Assembly: GCF_964204645.1 (NCBI RefSeq)
Contig: NC_134026.1
Location: forward strand, 5,603,950 to 5,667,949
Source of the DNA: Tubulanus polymorphus
Lineage: Eukaryota > Animalia > Nemertea
Direction of reading: 5' to 3'
Length of the DNA stretch: 64,000 bases
The notes beneath the pieces were generated by a model. That model did not search any database and had not been told where the DNA came from. It worked only from the letters and a program-made list of their open reading frames with translations. Shown in pieces: positions 36,801 to 49,744 of the stretch. The stretch's first letter is position 1, and every line of letters begins with the position of its first letter. A program made the translations under genes and the position numbers.

Positions 36801-39800
36801 GTTGATTACATTCATCTCTTTCAATATTCGATTTGTCAGTGTTATCTTTTGGATAACTTGGCGTGATTGATGTTTGATTGAAAGTCAACTCTGGAACAGC
36901 TGAAATTGTGTGTCCAGCAGTTGACATTCAAGAAAGTCAAGAGTTAGATGAAATGCAGAACTTTTTAACTTTTAGAGTAACACCGAACGAATCGATTATG
37001 TATGGTGTACTACCGAGGAATTATAGTTATCCCGGATACGGAGATTGCGAACTCACTAATACCACGATTGACGAAACGAACGAACGATCATACGCCGTTC
37101 CCGACATCAGTAACTGGGGTAGGTAAAATATTGCTGCAGATATGGCAGAATTAAGTAACTATTTAACTTCCATTATTGAATCCCTTTATAGACAAGAAAG
37201 CTGAAGATATCACGACGCAATCCCAGGAGAAAGCCGTACTACCTTCATTCATGCCGCCTCTAACCGTATCTGCACAAGGAGCTGTACCACCTCAACAGGG
37301 CAACAGTGTCAGTGTACTTCCGCCGCCAAACCAGGAGATCAAAATACCACCAACTAAACCTCAGGTACATAACGATATATATACTTCTAAGCGTTGAATT
37401 TCTGAATGGCCGGATTTACAAAAGTATATGCTGTTAAGAGATTTATTCAAAAAACTGTGGCAATATGACATGAATACCGAAAGTTCTATACCTTTTTTAG
37501 ACTCCACCGACGTTTAGCGCATCGGGTCAATTTTCTAAGGCCAATATAACAAATTATTGCACCACCTTGATGGAAAGTCCATCAAATCCATTGATGACCG
37601 AGTGCAAGAAAGTCAACCAGTCTACAACAACAAATGAAGTGGAAGCGTGTATTGACACTTTAAAGGTAAAAAACCACATTCCGGAAAATGTTTTGACTAT
37701 CGGAATTATATTTGACATTTTGTTGATTGAGTTTCGTCTAGCCTAAGAGGTACTTAACCTTAGAATCCAAGTGAACTTCAAGATATATAAGACGAAATTG
37801 GAATACACATGATATGTTTTTTAATTACGTCGATTCTTGTGTTCTACACAGGCAACAAAATCAGAACAAGCAGCTAAGAGTGCTTATATTGCTGCGAAAC
37901 AAATGTGTACAAACGAAATACCCAAACAGATAAGCCCGCAACTAAGCCAACCACCTGCTAATAGCCCAGCACTGCTTATACCGCCGTTGGACTGTCCTGG
38001 AGTTAACTGCAGTAACCAAGGTGTCTGTGTTAAAGGTATGCATATGCGTAAATGCACTTAGAGATTGAGTTGACGTAATCACAACGGACGAATAGTCCTT
38101 TTAATAAGTACAATATAATGAATATCATTACGCGAACCATTTGAATAAGTCTTTGATTTGCATGCACGACAGATGGCAGACATGTAAAATCAGTCATGTA
38201 TGAAAATACTTTTACATCTTGAAACCCACATATTTTGCATCAAGTTCTTTATAAATTGTCCTTCGTAGGCGTGTGTAATTGTACGAAAAGTTGGGCTGGG
38301 CCAGATTGCAGCGTACCGGCTGGAAGCGTTCCCAAGGTTTACGGGATCGCAAATAATGGCTTGTGCAACAGTCGAATACAAAACTGTTCAATAATTCCGG
38401 TAAAAGGGGAGAATTTCATCAACTCGCCCCAACCATCGTGCCAGTTGGAAGAGATGAAGGTATACCGATTGAAATCGATTTGTGGTTAGTTTGTGAAAAT
38501 ATGCTATTGAATTCTAGATTGCGGAGAGATGAATTTTCCTTTTTTTAGATAAGCAGGCACGGTCTGCCTCCTACAACCAGCGGCCAGAAGATTACAGTCC
38601 CAGCGGTTTACAATAATAAAAATGAAATAGATTGCATAGCCCCGAAACCGGGAAGTTATAAAGTATCGCCGCAGAATGCCGCTCCCAGCAATTCGCAACC
38701 TGGATTACCACTACCACTGCCTCCGCTACCACCCCCGGGCGCGAATCCAAGTTCAACAACCCCTTCTCCGCTAACGCCTGGTACAAGTCCTCAAGCCGCG
38801 TTCTTAACCTATGATCCGATTTGTGAGGAGTGCACGCAGAACAATCTAACGTGTAAATTAAAGGTAACTGTGAATTCCTTTGACCAAATATATAAATATA
38901 AAGTATATCAATAAAGATGTATCTTTTAGTGTAGGTAAAGCTGTCCAGTGAGGTGGCATACGATTTTTAGTGGATAAATCAAAAACCACCTGTGATTTCT
39001 TAATCGTTTTCTTACTTAAGACTTTGCGTGGTTTGAAGCAAAGAAGCCCAATTTCGATTCAAAATTGTAACATACGTCTGTGGAAATTTCTTTTTCTCCT
39101 CCAAAATGCAGCTGAATAATAAGACGTTCTGTTTCGTGGGTGAGAAATGCTACGCCCCCGGAGAGGCTAAACCAGGAACAAATGGCTGCCAGTACTGCGA
39201 TCCGAACTATTCCCCCAGCGCTTTAGCTCAGAAACAAAGTAAGCAATCCTTCGTTCACAAAGCTTCTGCGTTAGGGTTTGATCATTTTTGACAACAATAT
39301 CTTGCATAATAAGTTGCATAATTAATGTTATATAATATACAGGCCCGTGCCGATACGATATAGATAGATAACTAACCGACTTGATGATCTGTTTATATTG
39401 GCAAATCATGTCTCTACTATGATGGTTGCTTTTGATGTGTCGTCGTAATGAAATATGAATAAATAAAAAAATTCATAAAGACTAGTCTTTATTGATATCT
39501 GATAAAAAGCATTACATAATAACTACGCAAATGTCAGAATTTATACAATTGAAAAACCATAAATTGAAAACTAGTACATATCTCTTGTATTTTGATTCCG
39601 CATATGCAATTCGTTTCAGCTGCCGACTGTGATGATTCTGCAATACCATGGTGGATATTCCTAGTTGGGCTACTGTTACTTTTACTTCTGTTGGGCCTAA
39701 TTTTGCTCTTAGTCTGGCTGTGTTGTCGAAGGTAAGAATTTCACTGCCTACCAGTTTCATATGCGGTGGAGTAGGGCCGACCTGCCGACCTTGGTTGGAC

Positions 39801-42800
39801 CAATAGTTCAGTTCCATCCAAATCCGTAATTTTCAATTTCCACTCACGTAGTAATTCTTGCTCAATATCTTTTCTGGAGGAGGGCACCTGACACCCCCCC
39901 CCGTGCCGAGCTTGGCACTTCCGGGTCTTGTTGGTAACAACGCCGACCTTTTGAAAAAGTTCCACCAATCCTGTGGTTGTACCAAAACCAAACTGCGCTT
40001 CATAAGCAATAGTTCAACGCGTGCTAAAATATGGCACGGACCTGGTCCAACGTTTTTGGTCGCGTTAAACACGGACCCATGCACGGACCCATTTGGCATC
40101 TGTATGCCCACTCAGCCCCGGGTCTCCGTGAGATCGCAGCTATAATTACGTATGTTACTCCCATTCATTTGGATTCGGGGATGATGGCTGAATTGATTAA
40201 AAATCTGATGATCCATTCTCAAGAAAAATGTCGCTGGTGATCCGTCTTCAAAAATGAAGATGCATTTCTCTTCTTCATTATTTTCCCCTTTTTCTTCTTC
40301 CGCAACAGCTAATATTTACCATCGATATATATCAAGATATTGCGCTGTTCACCAGTCTCAATGAAATATAGAAATATACGAACCTTATTTCTATATTCTT
40401 CACGCTTTTTTTTCATGTTCGGATACATAACTCTTGTTTACCTTAGGACTACAAGGTACAATTGGCCACTGGTCGGCCGGTACGGTTGACAAACATTAAT
40501 CATCGTTGATGCGTGTATGGCCTGTATGGCTGTCGAGAAAATAAACATTCTGGTGTCAACCGAAATATCATAGAGTTTCGGTTAGGAGGGAAATTAGATA
40601 CGTATCGAGGGACTTCACTAGTGGTTAAATTTCCCGATACGACATGCACTTCATAACGTATATCATTACTGTATAGAAGATGTTCCACTCACTCAGTAGC
40701 CCAGACGGCAGATGACTGTTGTTTCTGTAACGAAAAAAAGACAAAATACATGGCATTACAACATTTCGATCTATCTTCAACAAGTTTTGTAGTAGATCCA
40801 GTACGGCGACGTCTCAAAATAATTATCAATTCCCGTATAGAATAACTCATATAAGTGCATAAAAGATACACATTTGCGATGTTTTCCCCACCAGTCAACT
40901 GAATAGATATTGATTTTAAAATCGAAATGATGCACTTGATAATGATCGAAAGAATACAAAAGTACAAATGCATAACTTGCGTATCTTGATTTATTTTAGT
41001 TGTTGTGCCAACTGTTGCGATTCGTTTTGCCCATGCTGTTGGCCATGTTGTGGAAGATTATGCCCGTGTTGTTGCGGAGGTTGGGGTGCCGCGAATGCGG
41101 TCGATGAGAAAGCTGCATTCGCCGCGGCTGAAGAATCGGTTGTAGCTAATGGTATTTACCCAGCTGAATATTCAGATCCAGAATTGATGTAAGTTTGTAG
41201 CTATTGACGATTTCGACTTTGCATATTAAAAAGATTTCATCGTAAAATTCTTCATTTCAGAAGTCCTTCAAATGCCGAGACGGTCCATGCGGCTTATATG
41301 AGCGGCGGAGGAGGAGGTGCTTTGGCGGCTAGTGCTGGAGGGGCTTCAGGGGCGGCGATGGCATCAACAATAGCACCAGCAATCGTGCCCGTGATAATGG
41401 CTCAAAATCACTCGGCTGAACCGAAGAAATTGTATCTCAACGACTTGATGAGTTCGGGTGGTACGGTGTATGCTAGTGGTGCGGGCCAACAGCAGTATAT
41501 AGTAGATGAGAGCGGAGCTGGAGGTCTGTTACAGTCAGCGTATTATGGTGGAGGATTAGGCGGCGCCGCAGGTGCTGGACAAGGTGGAGGTGCTGGAGGA
41601 TATGAATACTACGTTTCAGCAGCCGATGGCGTGGATATAGTGGACAGTGGCGCGGGAGGATTACATTCGGCGCATTACATTAGTTCGGGAAGTGCTGGAG
41701 GAGCAGGAGGTGGAGCACATGTCTATACACTTAGCAGCAAGGGTGCAGCCAGTGGAAATTCTAACCATGGCTATTTGAATGATGAAGCCGGTGCTGAAGT
41801 AGCTGAAGTAGAGTATTTACAAGGAAGTCCCGCTGACGTCGTGGTACCGGACTACAATTCTGATTATTTTACGGAGGTTCCTGGTACTGCAGCGACTCAT
41901 AGCGCTATCCACTACGTTTATTCGGGTAGTAACAACCGACCAGCTAGCTCAACCGCGTACAACATCGTCGATTATGGTAGCGAGTCGTGCGGGGAATATA
42001 CAGGTAATAACACCGAAGACTCGGTAAGCACGTCTACGTATGTGATAGATAGAAATACTGTGGGAAGTGTAAGATCATCTGCCTATCTGCACCCAGGGAG
42101 CGCCGCGACAAGCACGACGTATCTGCTCAGTGACACTTCTCCAGAATCTCACGTACAAAGTGATGGGAACGTCTTGTACATGAAACAATTTTCTGATGAA
42201 GGAGGACGATATTTAATTTTACCGGCTGAATCTTCGTCTGATGTACAACAACAACAGATCCATCACATCGAACCAGAAGGACACGGAACGAACCGACTTT
42301 ACTCGACGCCGACTCTCGTGGCGCACGGCACTCGTATTCGACAACTTCTTCAAGACGACGGCGGAAACGAGTATATCGTGATCAGTGACGACGAATCCAA
42401 TGCTTCAGTCCATCTCAATCAATCGGACGCCACACTCGTCCATGCTTCACAGTTGAGAGCGATCCCAAATCACCAAACAGAGATCTATGATAGAAGCGTT
42501 TCCCCGATAGCCGTCCACTCAGATCAAGTGGTCCGTTCAAAGTCACCGACTCGGTTTGTTCAAGTACAGCAGCCTGAAGTGTACCGACAAACATCTCTAA
42601 ACGCTGGACGGAATGCTCCAGAGCAATTCGTGGCGAACGACCTCGATACCGATAAATCGAGTGCTAATAATAAGAAGAGAAATCAAAACGGCGGCTTTTT
42701 CAGCGCGTTCGCATCGGGTAGATTCATGAAAGGGCGACGCAAACAACCGAAACCGAAAGAGGAAGTGATAATAATCAGGAAAAATGAGGCCGAAACCGAA

Positions 42801-43463
42801 GCAAGGATGAATCCGATATTCATAGAAAGCACGGATGAGATACCGACCCGAGTTTTGTACGAATACAATAATAAAACTCCGCAAAGTAACCGAAAAGGAA
42901 GTCTAACTTCTTACAGTTCAACCGAATCAAGTTCAAGCAGTAGTCCTACAATGTCCGACGGTATAGAAATGGCCAGGGTTCACCGCACATACTCGACTAG
43001 AGCAGCGCAGCAGAGTAGAAGTCAAGGCGGTTCCAGTTATGGGTGGAGTGGCTACGGAGGCGATTACGATGGATTTTCGACGAGGAACGTCGGAGACAGA
43101 GACGGGAAAACGAAACGGACGACGTACATCTATGAAAAACATCAACCTGATCTAACCGGAAATACAAGAAGATCTGCGTTTAGATCTACTCAGAATAGGG
43201 CTTCGGCCAGGAGCGCTGATAGCCGATTAGTGAACGCTGATGGAAGTAGGAAAGCCAGATCAAAAAGCGTAAGCCCGCATCGGGGTGGCGGTGGTGGTGG
43301 TGGCGGTGGCTCCAATTGGCACTACAGTTGGAAGTCTTCGAACCAGCAGGCACCGAAATCAAAAAAGAAAACTTCCCAATCGCGACAGGGACCGACAGAA
43401 AGTTACAGCTATAGCTGGAAATCATCTTCTAACGACAATAAAAATCACCAGAAAGCGAAATAG
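21813..43463 (+). CDS. Giant type I membrane protein with two VWDE-type (VWD + helical + EGF) modules, ten Cys-helical repeats, TM helix, Cys string and long low-complexity cytoplasmic tail (about 58 exons, about 3,500 aa)
   Basis: Signal peptide exon 21813-21873 (MALSLNGLLITLFSATLLFP). Phase-consistent GT-AG exon chain, e.g. 22075-22225, 22632-22722, 23165-23453, 24075-24209, 24299-24381, 24510-24822. VWD1 at 28906-29941 (CKTAGDPHMTTF...CACAVA...GDDV...GLCGTFD...FINSWR); helical+EGF at 30644-31792 (CIEDIK...CPRDCDHQGTC...CTC...DCS). VWD2 at 35448-36796 (CKVIGDPLIVTFDG...LYKH...CVCAVA...GLCG...FIQSWQ); EGF at 37852-38459. TM exon 39620-39731 (IPWWIFLVGLLLLLLLLGLILLLVWLCC), Cys exon 41000-41188, terminal exon 41261-43463. 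Confidence 0.88.
35059..35373. mobile_element. Intronic MITE with long imperfect TIRs and internal TTAGG/CCTAA-like repeats
   Basis: tacagggcccc..gtgacgtggtgaaaaatg at left, catttgtcaccatgtcacggggctccgta at right; internal ttttcgtgggg/cccacgaaaa and agggttagg/cctaac. Confidence 0.7.
35748..35968. mobile_element. Intronic foldback MITE, about 100-bp arms
   Basis: ggatagtactttataggtta..tagtttattt.aagtacga..agcttcatc..gagtacagtcaatgc vs gcattgactgtactc..gatgaagct..tcgtactt.aaataaacta..taacctataaagtactatcc. Confidence 0.85.
41261..43463 (+). CDS. Terminal exon of the VWDE-like membrane protein (Gly/Ser/Tyr-rich disordered cytoplasmic tail)
   Basis: 721-aa ORF preceded by acceptor ttcatttcag at 41260, in phase with the Cys-string exon. 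Confidence 0.9.
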
Positions 43464-43550
43464 CCCACGTATATCATATCGATGGTTTCCCAGCTAGTAC
43501 AGTTCAACAGCAGCAAAATATCTACAATTCGTTGGACAAAAAAAAAATCA

Positions 43551-44009
43551 AATAAAAAGTGTGTATAATTCATGCTATATAGAGCTTTAAATATCTTATC
43601 AAGGAAATATATGTAAACGAAATAACAACAGAAATTTAGAAAAACAAATCTAAATGAGGATACATAAATATAGTATTCACTATAAACATCAGGGGTTTGG
43701 TGTAGAAGCTAAATCAGTAATGGTACCCAAGGCCTATATAGGAGCTATGATCTCGTATGAGATGTGTCAACTTGTGGAACCGAGTCCAGCAATACAATCA
43801 AAACTCATTCTGATATTTAAAACTTTCTGCCATGGCAACATCATTTTCTTTCTTGATAACCTGACAAGCCAAATGAATTAAAATTTGCTTTCTAAACTTT
43901 AAAAAGGCTGGCTATAACTATAAATATTTGTAGAAACAGCTTTCTATTTGTAACTACTTGTTCTTGATACGAATTGCACTATTCCTCCAACTGTTATTAT
44001 AGAAATAAA
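43551..44009 (+). terminator. Candidate polyadenylation signals of the VWDE-like gene
   Basis: AATAAA at 43551-43556 and 44004-44009, downstream of the stop. Confidence 0.4.
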
Positions 44010-47000
44010 ATTCATTGAATGCTTCATTTAATTTTTCTTCGAGTTACGTATTGTTTAAATCATTGACCAAACGTTATCAGCAAACCGATTCATAAATCCA
44101 CCGTGGATGCAATAAAATACGTTTATGTATTCCGCTATCAAAAGAGGAGATCTTGAGAAATGCATACATTGATCCCGAGAAATCTAGCTGGCGTTTAGTT
44201 TAGACATCGTCCAAAAACGAGAGACGTTGTAAACGGGGAAATTTATCACGCAAGCGCGGGGTATTAGGGAAGAAAGGATTATTCATTACTGGAAGCGTTT
44301 GCAGAGTGATCTATTACACTGATCGAATACACTGGATAAATGCCACGTGACCGGACTGACTGAACGGTCATTGCTTTTTGGAACAAAAATACATATCTGC
44401 GCGCATTCTACATCGATGTATTCTTTTTGCTGTTCTTGAGATTTTCTACGAAGTCTCTTTCTTCGGATATACTTGTTCGAGGGGTAATGATAACAATGAA
44501 TTATTCAGTTTACTACGTACGACATGTTTTACTGAAAATTTAAATTTGAATTTTCACTGGTACGAGAATCAGATGAAGGGGTTCGGGATGGCGAACGATT
44601 CTGAATTAAGTTCAAAAAGAATTCGTTATTTTTCAGAAAGGTTTTACATCACATTAGTTGCTTCGCTCAGCTCTGGTATGGCTTTCGAGAGAGGTTCTTG
44701 CTTGTGTAGCAAACACCTCATTAATGTTAAAATTCGGAATTTGAACCCCTTGGACAATAGCTAGGGACGCCTGTCAATCCGCTTGGTTAAGTAGAAGAAT
44801 GTTTCTTGCAACGACAGAAATGTCTGTGTATAGCCTACTTAAGCTTCTGAAGATACCCGGTCGAGAAATATCATATATGTATTTTTGGGATCGTATTATT
44901 CATGATAGCTTGTGAATTCGAGATTGCCTCATCACTGAGAATGTACGACGTAGGTAGCAAATCTCATGCATACATACGATATAGTTGACACGTAGGAATT
45001 ACGTGCTTGTCAGTATTTTCGGCTCGGGCGGCGATTAGACGTACGAATGTCTCTCTTGAGTTCATCCCGTTGGCTCGGATGCTAACGAGATCCATCTTGT
45101 TTGGTGCGATCCCTCGGTGATTTCGCGCGTAGGAGGAATATCTTCCACACTCCACACCCACTGAACTGAAATCAAAGCGTAAATGACTATTTTATGAATG
45201 ACACCGCGCGAACAGGGTCGAATAAAACCCGATACCATGTAAAGTAATTGACTAGATAAACGTCATTCTCGTTCAAATTCTGATGATAGTTTCGCGGCGG
45301 TTTTCTGAAGACATGACGGCTCCACGATCTAATAATGTATGTTTTGACTAATACTAGACCAGTCCAATTACCACCAACACCAGACATAGTTTCGTATGTA
45401 TGGCGATGTCTTTCACTAGTGAATTATCACCAAGTGGGACGCAATACAATCGTGTCCTGACGCATAAAAACAACTTATCTCTGGAATTGCAATATAGTTG
45501 TGAGCCAACGAGCTAGCCGGCGTAAATTTCCGCAAATTGATCGTATAGAGTGACTCATTCAGATATATTGATATTGATGGCATTTTCTCTTGTTGCGTCT
45601 TGTACTTCTTTTTTATATCGATAGACTACAAGATTAGTTTGACACAATAAAATACATTTACTCGGTCTTTGGGTGATATTAAATCTCCATTTTGCCCGTC
45701 TACTTGAGAGGCTTCGACACTCCTTGTCGGGTCATGAATGACGTGATTCGCAAAATGTCCAGTCCAGATTCACTGAGAATGCTTGAAATGATTCCACATC
45801 AGTGAAACTGTGGTATCGAGAGCCATTAGCATTTGGAAATTATCAGGACTATCAAAATAATAGATCCCGAATTAAATGCATATCAAAGCAAACGCCCGTC
45901 ATCTTTTCATCGACCCAAATGCATCTTTTCGCAAGTTTTATCCCCTTAAGCGCATTTCGGATCCTAATCTAAATGTAAGTGTCGTATGATCAAAGCTTCG
46001 AGCAACATGCAGAATGATTACACTCCGGCCCGGCAGTACCAGATTCAGTATCGTCGTTTTTATTTCTTGCCACGTTTTGACCCTGACTTCAGTGCAAACC
46101 CCCATCATGGAAAATGCCTATCGTCGGTGAAAATTTTGCGACAATATTTATGACATTGCCAACAAAACTACTCAATTAAGACTGGCGAATCTGAAGTACC
46201 GTGGCTGCAAGATGATGGCCTCTCGACAGAATTATTTATTTGTTTATTAGTGTGACATATATATCAATAGCCTTACATACAAATACGAATCTTCGCCCTG
46301 TTAATCATTGAAAATCGGAATGATTTTTACAAAAATTATCGTTAAGCGGAGACATTTACCGTACGTTTCATTGGAAACGGAAAACCATTTTTGTCCTATC
46401 GCATATTTAGTTTATGCGTACAATATCTAACCGTGGAATATATGTTTTCGTTTTCACGCATTACATTAAATCATTATGATCAGGTCACTTCTTTTTCGTG
46501 TGGAAAATATATCTTTCCTGAAATCATCGAGTCTACGGAACCACAGCGCGCGAATCTCACTAGATTTCTCTGCAGATTCTAATCTGCTAATAAGTAACTT
46601 AATGGGTCCCAAAAAGCAACCAGTTCTTTTAGTCGAGTTATCTAACAAAATTTAATTATACTGAATTCAATTTCGTTACGGGAACTAAACTGCATTGATT
46701 TGATTACTTTGACGCAGGCACGTTTTGGTCCCACGGGAAATTCCTCGCAATTTTGTTCGGTGCTTCGGGATTATGGATTCAAAAAATAAGCAGATGTTTG
46801 AAGCGATTGCCGAGTCTGAGTTGAAAAAGTATAGGCCATACTATATGTTAGCAGTACGGAATACGTGGGAACGGACGAGGATTGATGATTTGATGAGGCT
46901 AAAGAAGGGATTGAACTCAAGCAGAATTTCTTCACGCGGTCATTCACACCGTGGCATGCCGCCAATAAGCGGCGAATTAGCCCGTCAAGCGCAAGCGGCT

Positions 47001-47710
47001 TACTTAAGTAAGGAGACTAGCTTGAACGTTCATTGACGCTATGAGGAAAAATGACATACATATTGCCTAATATGATCGACAATGAATAATATAATGCAAT
47101 GTTGAGTACCAATATCTGACCTATTTTGAATTTGGATATATCGACAATTGAATTCAATTGACCGGCAACCAGTCTAACCGGACTAGCCCCAATATTGATG
47201 ACGTGGACACATCCACTCAAAATTTATCATTAAAAAGACATACAAATTCATCGAAAAGAAAGTAAGAGTTATGACATATATTTGATTATAAAATTAACGC
47301 CAAAATTCTCACAATTGTAATTGTTATTTTGAGACGCCAAAATTGATGACGTAGTGCACGTCGACTCACTGATAGTTGACTAGGGTTAATTAGATAATGA
47401 TATAAATATTAATAACGTCTGGGAAAACAAATAGAAATAAGGATTCAATGTGAAGAGTTGGCTTTAACGAAGAAAAAAAAGAAATGTAATAGCTTAGTCT
47501 AAGGGAATAATTCAGAAAACATGATTCAGAAACTTGGAAATATATTTCTGTTCGGAGAGTGGTTGGTGGAGGTTGCAGATTCTATAGAAACCAGACTTGA
47601 TTTGGTTGGGAGAGATCACGTGATTGAAACTTGGAGAACTTCATCTATCTAAGAGGCGATCGATCATCACACAGAACCCCATAAATAACGCATACTACTA
47701 GGTATCAATG

Positions 47711-48330
47711 TTGAAATTGAAATTCCATTGTGAAATTGAAATTGAAATTCTTTATTTACGAATCAAATTACATTAGATAATTACAGATAATAATATGGTA
47801 ATGTAATATAAGTCGATGGATACCAGGATAAGTTAAAAAATTGTAAAAACGAAGATACTCTTCGACTCCTTTAAAATTGGATCGAGTGAATTCCAAAGTA
47901 GTGGACCAGAAGTCTTTACTGAAAACTTACTTCTTCGAGTTTGAATTCGAGGGATTTCCATACTGTTTAAGCTACGAGTTCGATAATTATGAATTTCATA
48001 TCGAAATTGAAAATAATTATTAAAACAATCAGGTAGCATGGATTTGTTATAATTAAACATAAAGCATCCTAACTGTAATTTGTTCATTTCTCTGATTCAT
48101 AGTATTTTCAGTCTTTTAAAAAGTGGCTCAGTGTGTTCTAAATAGTTTGAATTTGTTATTATTCGAACCGCACGCTTTTGAAGTAGCAATAAGGAATTTA
48201 AGTAAAAATTGAAATTTTGAGCCCAGACTATGTTGCAATAACTGAGATACGGTTCCACTAAACTGAAATATAATTGAATAAGATTTTTCTCCGGTAAAAA
48301 TCGTTTTAATCTATTTAACATGCTATATAA
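47711..48330 (-). mobile_element. 5'-truncated non-LTR retrotransposon (CR1/L2-group) 3' end, with a premature stop
   Basis: ORF2 C-terminus LYFSLVEPYLSYCNIVW...LQKRAVRII...HTEPLFKRLKIL*...HNYRTR...FSVKTSGPLLWNSL, with one in-frame TGA at 48097-48099. It is followed by AATAAA (47751-47756) and an (AATTTC)n tail. Confidence 0.9.
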
Positions 48331-49744
48331 ACATTATTTGTAACGGTTTTTACGGCGTCAGAAAAGTTCGACGGCCAATTTGACGCACGTCAACAGTATG
48401 TGCATGATCTGTATAAGGAAAAAAATCAAGTTAATTTTTCTCTATTTCAGCCCATGAATTACTCATCACTTTCAGACCGATGGTGAAACTAATTGAGAAC
48501 GACAACAACTTCAACTAACATTTAAAAAAACCGCAAAGTCAATCTTAGTAATGAAAAACATTTTTTAATCGAAATTATCATCAATCACTTCGCTATATCT
48601 TCACGCGAACCTTCATTCGTGTTTCGGCTTTTAAGCTAGAGCTTCTACCGGATCGCATCCGAAACCGTCATTAAATGGACGTTATGAATGTTCTCCAATA
48701 ACGCGCCGGCAATCGAGGATGTATCTCATCTAGCACATCGACGACGCCTTGCCTGACAAGATGGTCTATAGCAGCTATAACCTATCAAACATTGAGAAAA
48801 AATGCCAAATACCATCTGACAGTGCCTTCGGAGAACCGCGCACACAAATTAATCATGACCAATGCAAATCCCTGCCACCAATGTTTATGGAATATTGTTT
48901 TGATATAAGATTTGCAAGTTGATACAACAAATTGATATACGGCCCCAAAGCAACAAGGATAGAATTACTGCGTTATAAACATTTTTATTGACCCGTAGGC
49001 GGAATGGATGCCTTAGATGAATATATTATCGCGTTTCCCATGCTCGGTTGTTTCGGATGTTTCGGCACATCTCGATGAAGACGATGCCGGGATGCCGATA
49101 TTCGAGGATTTAGTGTCATGAACATGCATCGGGAAAATTACATATGCCGTTTAAATATTGTCCGAGAGACGCATGTTCCCCATTGCGCAGCCACCGCTTA
49201 AATAACTAAACGCTTGCGCTTACAGATGGGGTGCCTACTTCCAGACGAGTTACACGGTACAGTCGGCTAAAAGCGCGAGCGGTGCTTTTCGAACGAACGA
49301 GCGGCACTAGGTAACAATCGGTGTGATAAGCGGCGATGTCCACTGGATTCACATAAGAACTTAATATTTTCGATGAAATATTCAGTGGCCATATAAAGAC
49401 TGATATTAAATTAAATCCCACACGGGACCTAAGCGTCTGTATCATTCCAAATTTAGCGTGTTCATTGCATCGCATATCGGTATATTGCGATATAGAGAGC
49501 GAAGTTGGCGGGCTCGGCGTTGGCGCATCAAAACAGCAAAAGCCATTGCCATCAGTTGATGTGTTTCGAGTGAAGTGTTTCTTAGGGAATTGCACACAAC
49601 ACTTTGTGAGACGTACAGCGTCTGGATTGGACGTATACATCTTGGCTAATATAGCAAGAAGGTTTCTGTTCGTTCGTCAAGAGATATATACGTATTGGTT
49701 TATTGCACGAAGAGGCAGCTGCTTCCACAGGACTGGTAGACACT

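Noticed and set aside
39741-40240. Overlapping 69-95 aa ORFs in the intron after the TM exon
   Set aside because: No recognisable protein; the sequence has MITE-like features (tttctggaggaggg..ccccccc, repeated cacggacc), and the gene splices in phase across it.
42597-43497. Antisense and alternate-frame ORFs over the terminal exon
   Set aside because: Shadows of the 721-aa reading frame.
46107-46250. MENAYRR-TGA-KFC..., a possible selenocysteine UxxC motif
   Set aside because: Only 47 codons, no thioredoxin-fold context and no SECIS element identified by eye; likely chance.
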